From NCBI GenBank assembly GCA_965223545.1, contig OZ245006.1:1440001-1504000 (forward strand): 64,000 bases of DNA. Reading direction: 5' to 3'. Positions 46,606 through 55,450 of this stretch are shown here, in pieces; positions within the stretch are counted from its first letter, which is position 1, and each line of letters begins with the position of its first letter. Source of the stretch: Planctomycetota bacterium. GTDB taxonomy: Bacteria; Planctomycetota; UBA1135; UBA2386. The translations under genes and the position numbers were made by a program. The notes under the pieces are model-generated. The model saw nothing but the letters and a program-made list of their open reading frames with translations. It ran no database searches and was not told where the DNA came from.

Positions 46606-48207
46606 ATGGTGCGAAACTCCGTCCTGCTCGCATTCTCCCTGGCTGCCGCGCCCGCAGCCCAACCGCCCGGCCAACCCAATGTCGTGCTGCTGATGGCCGA
46701 CGATTTGGGCTGGGGCGACGTGCGGTTCAACCGCGCTGCGGCTCGGGCGCGAACTCCCCATCTCGAAGCAATTGCGCGCGACAGCATCGTGTTCGACCGC
46801 TTCTACGCGCAAAGCCCGGTGTGCAGCCCGACGCGGGCGAGCGTTCTCACCGGGCGGCATCCGGCGCGGATGGCGATCCACGGCGCCAACGTCGGGCATC
46901 TGCCACGGTCGGAGACGACGCTGGCCGAGCTGCTGCGCGCGCAGGGGTACCGCACCGGACACTTCGGCAAGTGGCACCTCGGCACGCTCACCCGCGATGT
47001 GGCCGACAGCAACCGCGGCGGGCCGCGCGGTGCGGAGCACTACTCGCCGCCGGCGCAGCACGGCTTCGATGTGTGCTTCTCGACCGAAGCCAAGGTGCCG
47101 ACCTTCGACCCACTGCGGCGCCCCGCGTCGTGGCGAAATCGGCCGGAAGGCAGGTACGCCCATCGCCAGTTCGGATGGGACAGTTTGACCGAAGACGAGC
47201 CGTGGACAGCGTACGGCACCCGCTACTGGAATGCGGCGGGTGAAGAGGAACAGGCGCAGCTCCGCGGCGATGACAGCGCACTGCTCGCCGCGCGCGCCGT
47301 CACCTTCATCGAAGACTGCGTCGCCCGCCGGCAGCCGTTCCTCGCGGTCGTGTGGTTCCATGCCCCGCACTTGCCGGTCGTCGCCAGCGATGCGGACCGA
47401 GGCCTCTACGCCGACGCGGGCTCGTACCGGGCGAGCTACTTCGGCTGCATCACGGCCATGGACCGCGCCGTCGGCCACATCGATCGCGCCCTGCACCGGC
47501 TCGGAATCACCGACGACACGATCTTGGCGTTCACTTCCGACAACGGTCCCGAAGGAGACGACAACGCACCGGGCTCCGCCGGTCCGTTTCGTGGGCGCAA
47601 GCGCAGTCTGCTGGAAGGCGGAGTGCGCGTGCCGGGCTTGCTGCGTTGGCCGGCGCGATGGCCGCAGGGGCGGCGGTTGCGCAGGCTCGCGGCGTGCACA
47701 GTCGACACAATGCCGACGATCGCGGCCGCGGTGGGAGTGCCGATCCCGGCTTCACTGCGCGGCACGCTCGACGGCATCGACCTCCTACCGTTGATCGACG
47801 CGGACCGCCGCAGACCACGCGGCCTCGGGTTCGTGACGCACCGCCAGACGGCGTGGCACGCGGGCGCGTTCAAGCTGCTGAGCGAGCGGACGGACACCGA
47901 TTGGCTCTGGCAACTGTTCGACCTCGACGCGGATCCGGGCGAGACGCGCGATTTGAGAACGGCGATGCCCGAGCGCACCGCGGTGATGCGAGCCGCGCTG
48001 GCGCGGTGGCAGGCGGGATTGGTGACGGGGGAAGGGGGCGGGAGTGATGAAACGGAGCCTGGCTCCGTACGTTCACACCTCGGTGAGCGGCGCGGTGCGG
48101 ATCCGGGAGGGGTCGATCACGGCGGCGACGGCGGTCGAGACCGAGCCGATCGAGAACAGGAGGCCGCGGCGCGGGCGCGAGGGGTGGGCTGCCAGGGCGG
48201 CGTGTAG
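46606..48207 (+). CDS. Secreted formylglycine-dependent sulfatase
   Basis: PNVVLLMADDLG, CSPTR, GKWHLG, SDNG, EGGVRVP, DPGE; the last ~55 aa look like read-through. Confidence 0.9.
   Translation: MVRNSVLLAFSLAAAPAAQPPGQPNVVLLMADDLGWGDVRFNRAAARARTPHLEAIARDSIVFDRFYAQSPVCSPTRASVLTGRHPARMAIHGANVGHLPRSETTLAELLRAQGYRTGHFGKWHLGTLTRDVADSNRGGPRGAEHYSPPAQHGFDVCFSTEAKVPTFDPLRRPASWRNRPEGRYAHRQFGWDSLTEDEPWTAYGTRYWNAAGEEEQAQLRGDDSALLAARAVTFIEDCVARRQPFLAVVWFHAPHLPVVASDADRGLYADAGSYRASYFGCITAMDRAVGHIDRALHRLGITDDTILAFTSDNGPEGDDNAPGSAGPFRGRKRSLLEGGVRVPGLLRWPARWPQGRRLRRLAACTVDTMPTIAAAVGVPIPASLRGTLDGIDLLPLIDADRRRPRGLGFVTHRQTAWHAGAFKLLSERTDTDWLWQLFDLDADPGETRDLRTAMPERTAVMRAALARWQAGLVTGEGGGSDETEPGSVRSHLGERRGADPGGVDHGGDGGRDRADREQEAAARARGVGCQGGV
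48044..48074 (-). repeat. 31-bp repeat, left inverted copy (REP-like)
   Basis: GTGATGAAACGGAGCCTGGCTCCGTACGTTC; 30/31 identical to the reverse complement of 53366-53396; internal 8-1-8 palindrome. Confidence 0.9.
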
Positions 48208-49149
48208 GTTGAGCGGCCCCATCGCCGGGCCGCAGTTGGCGAACTCGGAATAGGTCGAGGCGACGGATTCGCGGGGTACGTCGAGGACCTGGGCGAACAT
48301 GTCGGCGAACCAGGCCATCGGTGTGTTGGGGACGTAGATGCCGACCTGGTCGCGGTTGAGGCCGGCGGCGCGCAGGGCGGCGCCGCAGGCGGTCTCGATC
48401 GCTTCGGGGGTGAACTCGCGCAGAATGCGGCTGGCCTCCTTGCCGGCGCGGATGTGCCGGCGCGGGACCCCGTCGGCGGACTGGTCCACGTCGACGCGGA
48501 AGGCGCCGCACGAGTGCGCGGTCGACACCGCGTGGAAGCCCATCAGCCCCGGAGAGTCCGCGGGTCCGACGACGTAGGCGCCGGCGCCGTCGCCGAGAAA
48601 CCAGCTGATCGAGTCGCTCCAGTCGGCAACGCGGCTGTAGACGCAGCACACCACGACCAGGATCCGTCGCGCTTGACCCGCGTGGATCATCGAGCCCGCG
48701 AGCTGTAGGCCGGCCATCGCGCCGCTGCACGCGCTCTCGAGATTCCACGCCGGCACGCGCCAGCAGAGGGCCTTCATCAAGAACGCCGCGTCGCCGACGG
48801 CGGGCTCCATTGAAGGAAAGCCGGCCACCAACACCAAGTCGATGTCGTCGACGCCGATCTCGGCGGCGGCGAGCGCGTCGCGGGCCGCCGCCATCTCGAG
48901 GTCGATCGCGGTGTGCTCGTCGGCCAAGATGCGCCGCACTCGAGTACCGCGGAACGGGTCCTCCAGGTAGGGGCGCATCGTGCTGTCGAACGAAGCGGAT
49001 CCCTCTGCCGCAGCCGTGTCGTTCATGACGCGGGCCAGGGTCTGGCGTTCGACGCGCTGCAAGACGTCGGGGAACCGCTCGGCGAACCAGGAGTTGTCTC
49101 GCACGGTTCTGGGCACGGCCACCGCCACCGACTCGATTCTCGCGTTCAT
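48073..49149 (-). CDS. KAS III-like condensing enzyme (CybF/furanolide synthase-like)
   Basis: YLEDPFRGT, WNLESACS (catalytic Cys), FLGDGAGA, PNTPMAW in place of HQAN, ANCGP, SIGSVS. Confidence 0.8.
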   Translation of the reverse strand: MNARIESVAVAVPRTVRDNSWFAERFPDVLQRVERQTLARVMNDTAAAEGSASFDSTMRPYLEDPFRGTRVRRILADEHTAIDLEMAAARDALAAAEIGVDDIDLVLVAGFPSMEPAVGDAAFLMKALCWRVPAWNLESACSGAMAGLQLAGSMIHAGQARRILVVVCCVYSRVADWSDSISWFLGDGAGAYVVGPADSPGLMGFHAVSTAHSCGAFRVDVDQSADGVPRRHIRAGKEASRILREFTPEAIETACGAALRAAGLNRDQVGIYVPNTPMAWFADMFAQVLDVPRESVASTYSEFANCGPAMGPLNLHAALAAHPSRPRRGLLFSIGSVSTAVAAVIDPSRIRTAPLTEV

Positions 49150-50897
49150 GACTGGCTCCGCAGGGCAGGGTCAGCGCGGTCTTGCGACCGGCTGTCGCTA
49201 CTGAATTGGCGCAGCGCGGCGATGCGCTGCGAGCCGTCGAGACGCACGTCGGGATCGGTGCGCACATCGAGCACGACCGGACCACCGCCGAGTCGCAAGC
49301 CCTGGCGCAGCGCGTCCTCGTCGCGGACGACCCGCGCTCGCACGCCGAACCCAGCGGCCACAGCGGTGAAGTCGACCGGTGCGAGACTGCAGTCGACGGC
49401 GATGCCGTACTGGTCGCGCAACCCGTGCTTGCACATGTTGAAGGCGGCGTCGTTGATGATGACGAAGGTCACCGGCACTTGCAGGCGGGCGGCGGACTGC
49501 AGCTCCAGGCCGGCCATCAGGAAGCCACCGTCGCCGCAGATCGCGAACACGCGGCGCTGCGGCGCGCCGAGCGCGTGGCCGATCGCGGACACGACTCCCG
49601 ACCCCATGGCGGCGAAGCCGAGGCTGGTGAAGAAGGAACCCGGCGTCGCCGGTCGGAGGTAGTGCAGCGCCATCGCCAGGTGCTCGCCGATGTCGGCGGT
49701 GAACACCGCGTCGGGCGGGCATTCGGCGTTCATCGCCTCGATCACCTGGGGCGTGGTGAGCAGGCCCGCGCGCGAGCCGCCGAGCTGTTGGCGGCGAGGC
49801 GCGACGGGTGCGCGACGGGGCAGTGGCCGGGCCAAGCGCGCGCCGATGCAACGGAGGGCGGCGCTCGCCTCGCCGACAATGCCGAGATCCACCTCGTAGT
49901 TGCGGCCGAATGCCTGCGGATCGAGGTCGATCTGGACGAACGCGGTGGAAGGCCGCAGCGCATCGCTCCACGCGTTGGTCGCCAGGTCATCCAGGCTCGA
50001 GCCGACCACCAGCACCACGTCGACGCCGCTTCGCAGGTAGTCGATGACGCTGTCGTGGCCACCGAAACCGAGCACGCCGAGGAACAGCGGGCTGTCCTCG
50101 GCAAACCCGCCCTTGCCCTTGGGCGTGACCGCGACGGGGCACTGCGCGCGCTCGGCCAGTGCCGCCGCGGCATCGCGCACCGCAGCGTCGCGGCCAGCGG
50201 CGCCGAGCAACAGGAATGGGCGCTGCGCGGTGGCGAGCAAGTCGGCGACGCGGCCACACGCCGCGGCGTCGGGCGCCGGCGCGGCCGGGACGGGGTCGGC
50301 ACGCAGGACGGGAGCGGCCAGCTCGACGTTGCCGACGTCGATCGGCAGGGACAAGAACGCCGGTCCACGGCGCCCGTTGTGCATCGAAGACCACTCCGAC
50401 AGCAGCGTGCCCACCGCCGCCGCCGGCCGAACGAGCCGCGCGGCGAAGCGCGTCACGGGCCGCGCCAGCGCCACCGCGTCACAGCCGTGTGGCGACCCCT
50501 CCTGCAGCGCGCCGCGGCCGAACGCCGTCGTCGCCACTTCACCGGCGATGACCAGCACCGGGATCCCGTCGGCGTGTGCGCTCGCGATGCCGGTGAGCGC
50601 GTTGGTCAAGCCCGGTCCCGACGTCACCAGCACCAAGGCCGGCCGACCCGTGGCGAGCGCGTGGCCCATCGCCAGATAGACCGCGTGGCTCTCCTGCACG
50701 ACGTGGTGCACCCGAATGGCCGACTGCTGCGCGAGCTCGGCGTAGAGCCGCGAGATGGTGCCCCCCGGAATGCCGAACACCGTGTCCACTCCGAGCCGCG
50801 TCAAGGTGTCGACCAACTGGCGCGACACCGACGGGATCGGCGCGACCTCGAGGTCTGGTGGCGAGAGGCGGGGGCGCTCTTTGCGGGTCAGCAACAT
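49146..50897 (-). CDS. TPP-dependent acyloin-forming enzyme (ScyA/CybE-like, acetolactate synthase family)
   Basis: FGIPGG, TSGPGLTN, ALQEGS, DIGEH, GDGGF...ND; ATGA overlap with the KAS III gene. Confidence 0.85.
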   Translation of the reverse strand: MLLTRKERPRLSPPDLEVAPIPSVSRQLVDTLTRLGVDTVFGIPGGTISRLYAELAQQSAIRVHHVVQESHAVYLAMGHALATGRPALVLVTSGPGLTNALTGIASAHADGIPVLVIAGEVATTAFGRGALQEGSPHGCDAVALARPVTRFAARLVRPAAAVGTLLSEWSSMHNGRRGPAFLSLPIDVGNVELAAPVLRADPVPAAPAPDAAACGRVADLLATAQRPFLLLGAAGRDAAVRDAAAALAERAQCPVAVTPKGKGGFAEDSPLFLGVLGFGGHDSVIDYLRSGVDVVLVVGSSLDDLATNAWSDALRPSTAFVQIDLDPQAFGRNYEVDLGIVGEASAALRCIGARLARPLPRRAPVAPRRQQLGGSRAGLLTTPQVIEAMNAECPPDAVFTADIGEHLAMALHYLRPATPGSFFTSLGFAAMGSGVVSAIGHALGAPQRRVFAICGDGGFLMAGLELQSAARLQVPVTFVIINDAAFNMCKHGLRDQYGIAVDCSLAPVDFTAVAAGFGVRARVVRDEDALRQGLRLGGGPVVLDVRTDPDVRLDGSQRIAALRQFSSDSRSQDRADPALRSQS

Positions 50898-51034
50898 CGG
50901 ACAACTCCGTTTCGTTGCTGGTCCACCCGGCGCCGGGCCGGAGCGTCACGGGGTTTCTTCGATTCTGCGCGACAGGGCGGGGCGGCGAGGGCGGTGCGGC
51001 GGGCGCAGCGGGGAAACCGAGGGCGAATCCATAC

Positions 51035-52096
51035 CTACACGAGGTCGGAGTCGCCGAGGTGGTAGCGCCAGTGGTCGTGGAGCTGAGTCCGTGAGGTGTG
51101 GTGGTGCCCCTGGCGGGTGATCCGGTGGGTCAGGTAGCGCGGGCGCCCTTCGAAGTCGGGAGACGGCGCGTAGCCCGCGCGGGCGAAGCACGCCATCAAG
51201 CGCCCGTCGTTGGGGGCACAGATCGCCAGCGCACCGCGGCGGCCGGCGGCGGCGGCGCGCTGCTCGACGTGCGCGAGCAGGGCCGCACCCGCGTCGACGT
51301 CGCAGTGCTCGGCGAGCCAGAGCTCGGCGATCGCCGCGGCACCGGGCGCGATGAGGTCGTGGCGACAGCGCCAAACGCAGTAGCCGGTGAGCCGATCGTC
51401 CAGGAGCACGCTGGCAAACGCGTAGACGCCCTCGGGGTGCTGGGCATAGCGCCATCGCAGCCACTCCGCGTCGCGGACCACGCCGACGGTTCTCGGCGCG
51501 CGGCTCGCGGCGTCCAGCTGATCGGGGCCGGGCAGACGATCGACGACCACGGCTCGTGGATGCCGGACGGCTGGGCGCAGCGGAGTGGCGAAGTCTCGCA
51601 CCAGGAACTCCACCGGCCGGAGCGCGTCGTAGCCCAGGTAGCGCGCGCCGGCGCGTTGCGCGTGCGACGGCGGGAAACCGTACAGCAGGAGGTCGCCGTT
51701 GCGTTCGCCCCAGAGCCGCGTCGCCGTCTCGCCCAGCACCGCAAACACGCCCGGGCGGCGCTCACGACCCGTGCGCCAACCCGGCACGACGAACGTCTGG
51801 ATGACGTGCACGGCGGTGCGCACCGCACCATTGCCGGTGCGAAAACGGACCGGAAAGCCGCCGAAGTGGCCGACGACCCGTCCTCCATCGACCGCGACCA
51901 GTGCCCGGCGGCCGCACGGGTTCTGGCAATACAGCCATTGCCACATCGGCCGCGAGGCGCTCGCTCTGCAGGCGCAAACCTCCGCGGCCGCGACGGCGGC
52001 CGCATCCCGATCGCCGACAGCTCGAATCTCGAGCCGCTCCACGCGCGAGTCCAAACCCCACGGCATCTCTCGGGCGACGCTTGCCGTTTCGATCAT
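51035..52096 (-). CDS. GNAT-family acyltransferase (tandem GNAT fold)
   Basis: WQWLYCQNP, VVGHF, LLYGFP, RDAEWLRWRY, GDSD. Confidence 0.75.
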   Translation of the reverse strand: MIETASVAREMPWGLDSRVERLEIRAVGDRDAAAVAAAEVCACRASASRPMWQWLYCQNPCGRRALVAVDGGRVVGHFGGFPVRFRTGNGAVRTAVHVIQTFVVPGWRTGRERRPGVFAVLGETATRLWGERNGDLLLYGFPPSHAQRAGARYLGYDALRPVEFLVRDFATPLRPAVRHPRAVVVDRLPGPDQLDAASRAPRTVGVVRDAEWLRWRYAQHPEGVYAFASVLLDDRLTGYCVWRCRHDLIAPGAAAIAELWLAEHCDVDAGAALLAHVEQRAAAAGRRGALAICAPNDGRLMACFARAGYAPSPDFEGRPRYLTHRITRQGHHHTSRTQLHDHWRYHLGDSDLV

Positions 52097-52150
52097 GGCA
52101 CGAGCTCCATCGCCGATCGGCGCATTTGCGATTCTCCAACCAGGCTCGCC

Positions 52151-52240
52151 ATTGTAGCGCGTTGCGGGCGCACAAGAAGCCCCGCCGGGGCGCGATTGCG
52201 CAATCGCGCAAACCACGGCACGGGGCCGCGCTGCTACAAT
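52151..52240. promoter_or_regulatory. Divergent promoter pair with a central 20-bp perfect palindrome
   Basis: GCTACAAT on minus (52151-52158) and plus (52233-52240); GCGCGATTGCGCAATCGCGC at 52190-52209. Confidence 0.7.
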
Positions 52241-52298
52241 TCGGGGACGCGCCGCACCGACCGCGACGGCGCGCACATCAACCGTCGAAGGAGTCGTT

Positions 52299-53363
52299 GT
52301 GCATCGATACATCTTGGTGGCCTCCTGCCTGACGTCGACGCTGGCGACGCAGACCACCTCGCCGGCGGCGGTCCCAACTGTCGAGGGCAACCACGCAGTG
52401 GAGCTGTTTCCGTTCGGCATCGACCGTCGCTTCCAGCAGCTGGACGCGACGCATGCCGGCAATCCGATGCTGATCAAGTCGATCGCGCTCCGGCGCGACG
52501 GCATTGGTCCACACGCCGCGCCCGCCCGGCTCGTCGACGTCGAGATCAGTCTCGGCGAGTGCAACCTGACCCTGCCATCCTCGCGCTACGACTACAACTA
52601 CCTCAGCAGCGGGCGCGTCGTCGCGTTCTCGCGCAAGACTGTGCAGCTGCCCGACTGGTCGCAGGCGGCCGGCTCCCCCGCCGCCTTTGATGCCCGCTTC
52701 GTCCTCGACCAACCCTTCAGCTACAGCGGCGGCGGCGGCTTGGTGATCGACGTGACGGCCACCAACTGCCGGACCGCACCCGGTGGCGTGTCTGGTGTCG
52801 GCGGCATGCTGACCGACGCGTTCTCGACGTTGCCATCGGTGGCACCGGCCACCTACACGGGCGTCGGCTGCACGATCGCTGGCCGCAGTGCGCCCTTCCT
52901 ACTGGCGATGCGCATGGAGAACCACGGCAGCAACTTCCCCAGCCACTCGATGCGCATGCGCAACGAGGTGTGGAACGGCCCGGCGAACGCACCGATCCTG
53001 ATCCACTTCGACGTGCAGGACCCAGCGCTGCCGGTGCCATGGCTGTGCTCGACCGTACGTGCCCTCCCCCTCCACCGAGCGCTCCTCGCCAACACCGACA
53101 GCACCGGCCACATGCCGCAGATCGTCATCAACTGCCCGTACCTGCCCACCCTCATCGGCGTCCGCCTCTTCGTCCAAGCGGCGACGGTGGACCCGGGCCA
53201 AGCACCCCTCGCCCCCGTCGTCCTCTCCAACGGTGCGGCCGCGACCATGCCAGCGTCGAGCAACCCGACCGGCCACGACATCGTGTTCCACACGGGACCC
53301 GCCGCGCAACCCGACGCCGAACTCCAGTTCGCCACCGGCCTCGCCATCGAACTCGGCCGCTAA
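52299..53363 (+). CDS. Secreted hypothetical protein with the shared C-terminal beta domain
   Basis: GAAGGAG SD, GTG start, signal peptide; resembles 35724-36839 in layout; PTLIG...VQA...VLSNG. Confidence 0.78.
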   Translation: MHRYILVASCLTSTLATQTTSPAAVPTVEGNHAVELFPFGIDRRFQQLDATHAGNPMLIKSIALRRDGIGPHAAPARLVDVEISLGECNLTLPSSRYDYNYLSSGRVVAFSRKTVQLPDWSQAAGSPAAFDARFVLDQPFSYSGGGGLVIDVTATNCRTAPGGVSGVGGMLTDAFSTLPSVAPATYTGVGCTIAGRSAPFLLAMRMENHGSNFPSHSMRMRNEVWNGPANAPILIHFDVQDPALPVPWLCSTVRALPLHRALLANTDSTGHMPQIVINCPYLPTLIGVRLFVQAATVDPGQAPLAPVVLSNGAAATMPASSNPTGHDIVFHTGPAAQPDAELQFATGLAIELGR

Positions 53364-53365
53364 CC

Positions 53366-53396
53366 GAACGTACGGAGCCAGGCTCCGATTCATCAC
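53366..53396 (+). repeat. 31-bp repeat, right inverted copy (REP-like)
   Basis: GAACGTACGGAGCCAGGCTCCGATTCATCAC, 2 nt after a TAA stop. Confidence 0.9.
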
Positions 53397-53415
53397 CAAC
53401 CGCGCGCGGCGAGCG

Positions 53416-54780
53416 TCAACGATAGTGCATCTGCACCGTCAGACCCCGCGTCCCGACCAAGCCGAGGGGACCGAGCGGGTCCTGCACGAAGAACTGCGCG
53501 TACAGATTGCGGCCGTGATGGCGCGCCTCATTGGGGACGAAGAACGCGCGCGACGCGAACCCGGTCGCATCAGTGAAGATCGGGATGATGGCGACCGGCT
53601 TGGTGACCGGTTCGACGAGGAGATGCACGCCGGAGAGGTTGAGGTTGACCTGGCCGTGGCCGAGCAAGAACAGGCCTCCCGCGAGCGGCGGCGCGTCGTG
53701 GACCCGGAATCGCACATTCGGCGCGGTGATGTATGCCGAACCGAACACGTCGATGCGCGGCGCGCGTCCACCACTGCCGAATGTCGCCGGTCCGTAATCA
53801 TGATCGACGGCATCCGGATGCAGGACGGTCATGCTGCCCGCACTGTCCAAAGCCAGCAGCATCCCCGAGGGCAGGTCGGGATCGATCGTCTCGAACGCCG
53901 TGCCAGAGGGGTTGAACCACCCATCCTGAATCGGCGCCCCGGGCACCGCCCAGTCGTGGCACTGATAGTCGCCCGCAGCCGTGATCACGTGGAGGAGGCC
54001 GTCCTCGATCCTGCCGGCGCGCGGCCGCGCCGACAGCGAGAAGCCCGCGACCACGGCGGGAGCCGTCGGGCTGTTCAGATCGAAGCCAGTCACCCCACTC
54101 CGCGTGGACACCGCCAGGTAGCGCGGCCGGTACGTCATGCCCAGAACTTCCGCCCCCGGCAACGCCGCGGTCGCCAACACCGCCGGAAGGCTGCGCGGGG
54201 TCAAGTCGACGACCGAGATGCCGGAGCTGCGGCCACTGAGGCACGCCAGCTGCTCTTGGGCAACGACCCGTTCGAACGCGCCGGCGACAAACCCCCGAAC
54301 GCTCGGATAGCGTGGGTCGGCGGACAGGTCCAACACGACCATCCCGGGCGCGTCCGCAACGACCAGCAACAACTCCGCCTCGCGCGCCACGACAACATCG
54401 GAGCAACCGCTCGCCATCGGCAGTGGCACCGAGCCCACTTCGACCGGCGCCGTCGCGACCGAGCAGTCGAAGACGCGCAACGCCCCGGAGTCCTGCTGGA
54501 CGGCATACAGCCACGATCGAAACATCGAGAGCCGCACGGGCGCGGTGCTCCAACCCGTCGCCGGCACACTGCGCACCGGCACGGCCCCGCCGACGTCGAA
54601 CACCCGCAGCTCACCGGCGACCGCGGCGTATGCGTACTCTGCGTTGGCCCCGGCGTAGCCGACCACGTCGTGCGCCTGCGCAGCCGGCACCGCGGCCAGC
54701 TGCGCCACGGAGGTCACGTTGTGCTGTGGCTGCGCCGCAGCCGTGGCAGCCATCAACAGAGCAACCAGATGTCGAACCAT
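53416..54780 (-). CDS. Secreted LVIVD-repeat beta-propeller protein with the shared C-terminal domain
   Basis: Signal peptide; repeats LRVFD, MVVLDLS, ISVVDLT; VPN...YAQFFVQDP...TRGL. Confidence 0.78.
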   Translation of the reverse strand: MVRHLVALLMAATAAAQPQHNVTSVAQLAAVPAAQAHDVVGYAGANAEYAYAAVAGELRVFDVGGAVPVRSVPATGWSTAPVRLSMFRSWLYAVQQDSGALRVFDCSVATAPVEVGSVPLPMASGCSDVVVAREAELLLVVADAPGMVVLDLSADPRYPSVRGFVAGAFERVVAQEQLACLSGRSSGISVVDLTPRSLPAVLATAALPGAEVLGMTYRPRYLAVSTRSGVTGFDLNSPTAPAVVAGFSLSARPRAGRIEDGLLHVITAAGDYQCHDWAVPGAPIQDGWFNPSGTAFETIDPDLPSGMLLALDSAGSMTVLHPDAVDHDYGPATFGSGGRAPRIDVFGSAYITAPNVRFRVHDAPPLAGGLFLLGHGQVNLNLSGVHLLVEPVTKPVAIIPIFTDATGFASRAFFVPNEARHHGRNLYAQFFVQDPLGPLGLVGTRGLTVQMHYR

Positions 54781-54789
54781 CGCACTCTC

Positions 54790-55305
54790 CTACGGCGGTG
54801 AGAAATCACAAATCAGCACGACGCGTGGCAACCCACTCGTGTTGCCCGCCTCGTGCGGGATGCGGCCATCGAAAGTGAAGGCCTTGCCCACCTCCCACGT
54901 CCGCGTTTGGCCGTGCATGCGAAACAAGCACCCCGGCGGCACGATCAGCCCCAGGTGGCAGCGGAAGCGGCCAACTTCGTCTTCGTCCGCGTGTGGGTAG
55001 ACGTGCGTGCCCGGCCCGAGCCACGAAAACCCGGCATCGGCCAGGTACGGCAAGCCGCGGATCGCGGCCCAGGTGCGCGGACACCGGCGTCGGTTGGCGG
55101 CGACATCGATGCCTTCCATCCCCGCCTGCGAGTGCTTGCCCAACAACAAGCCGAATACGCGCCAATCACCGGCGAACGCCTCGGCGACCGGCCACGGCAC
55201 GAAGTCCGAGCGCAACAGCGCGCTCGCCTCCTCGATGATTGCCGGCGCGTGCCGCTCGAGACGAGCGAGCACTTCGTCGACGGCAAAAGCGTGGGACACG
55301 GACAT
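54790..55305 (-). CDS. Aspartyl/asparaginyl beta-hydroxylase-like 2OG-Fe(II) enzyme
   Basis: CPRT, FSWLGPGTHVYPHAD, CHLGL, WEVGK, HEAGN, RVVLICD. Confidence 0.88.
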   Translation of the reverse strand: MSVSHAFAVDEVLARLERHAPAIIEEASALLRSDFVPWPVAEAFAGDWRVFGLLLGKHSQAGMEGIDVAANRRRCPRTWAAIRGLPYLADAGFSWLGPGTHVYPHADEDEVGRFRCHLGLIVPPGCLFRMHGQTRTWEVGKAFTFDGRIPHEAGNTSGLPRVVLICDFSPP

Positions 55306-55418
55306 TTGGTAGGCGGGACTCCCCAAACCATTGCGGGCGGTCGCCCGGATCGAGCGCCATCTTACCCCGCACTCGTGGCTGAGACGCCCCCCCAGTGTGC
55401 CGTCCTGGCCCGTGGCGG

Positions 55419-55450
55419 GCGAAGCGAGAAAATCGAGTGCGACTCCGTAC
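55419..55450 (-). repeat. REP-like extragenic repeat, copy 4
   Basis: GCGAAGCGAGAAAATCGAGTGCGACTCCGTAC, abutting the stop of the VOC gene. Confidence 0.7.

Noticed and set aside
48073..50897. Primary-metabolism fabH and ilvB
   Set aside because: The KAS III lacks HQAN; no ilvN/ilvC or fab/acp neighbours; the pair is translationally coupled
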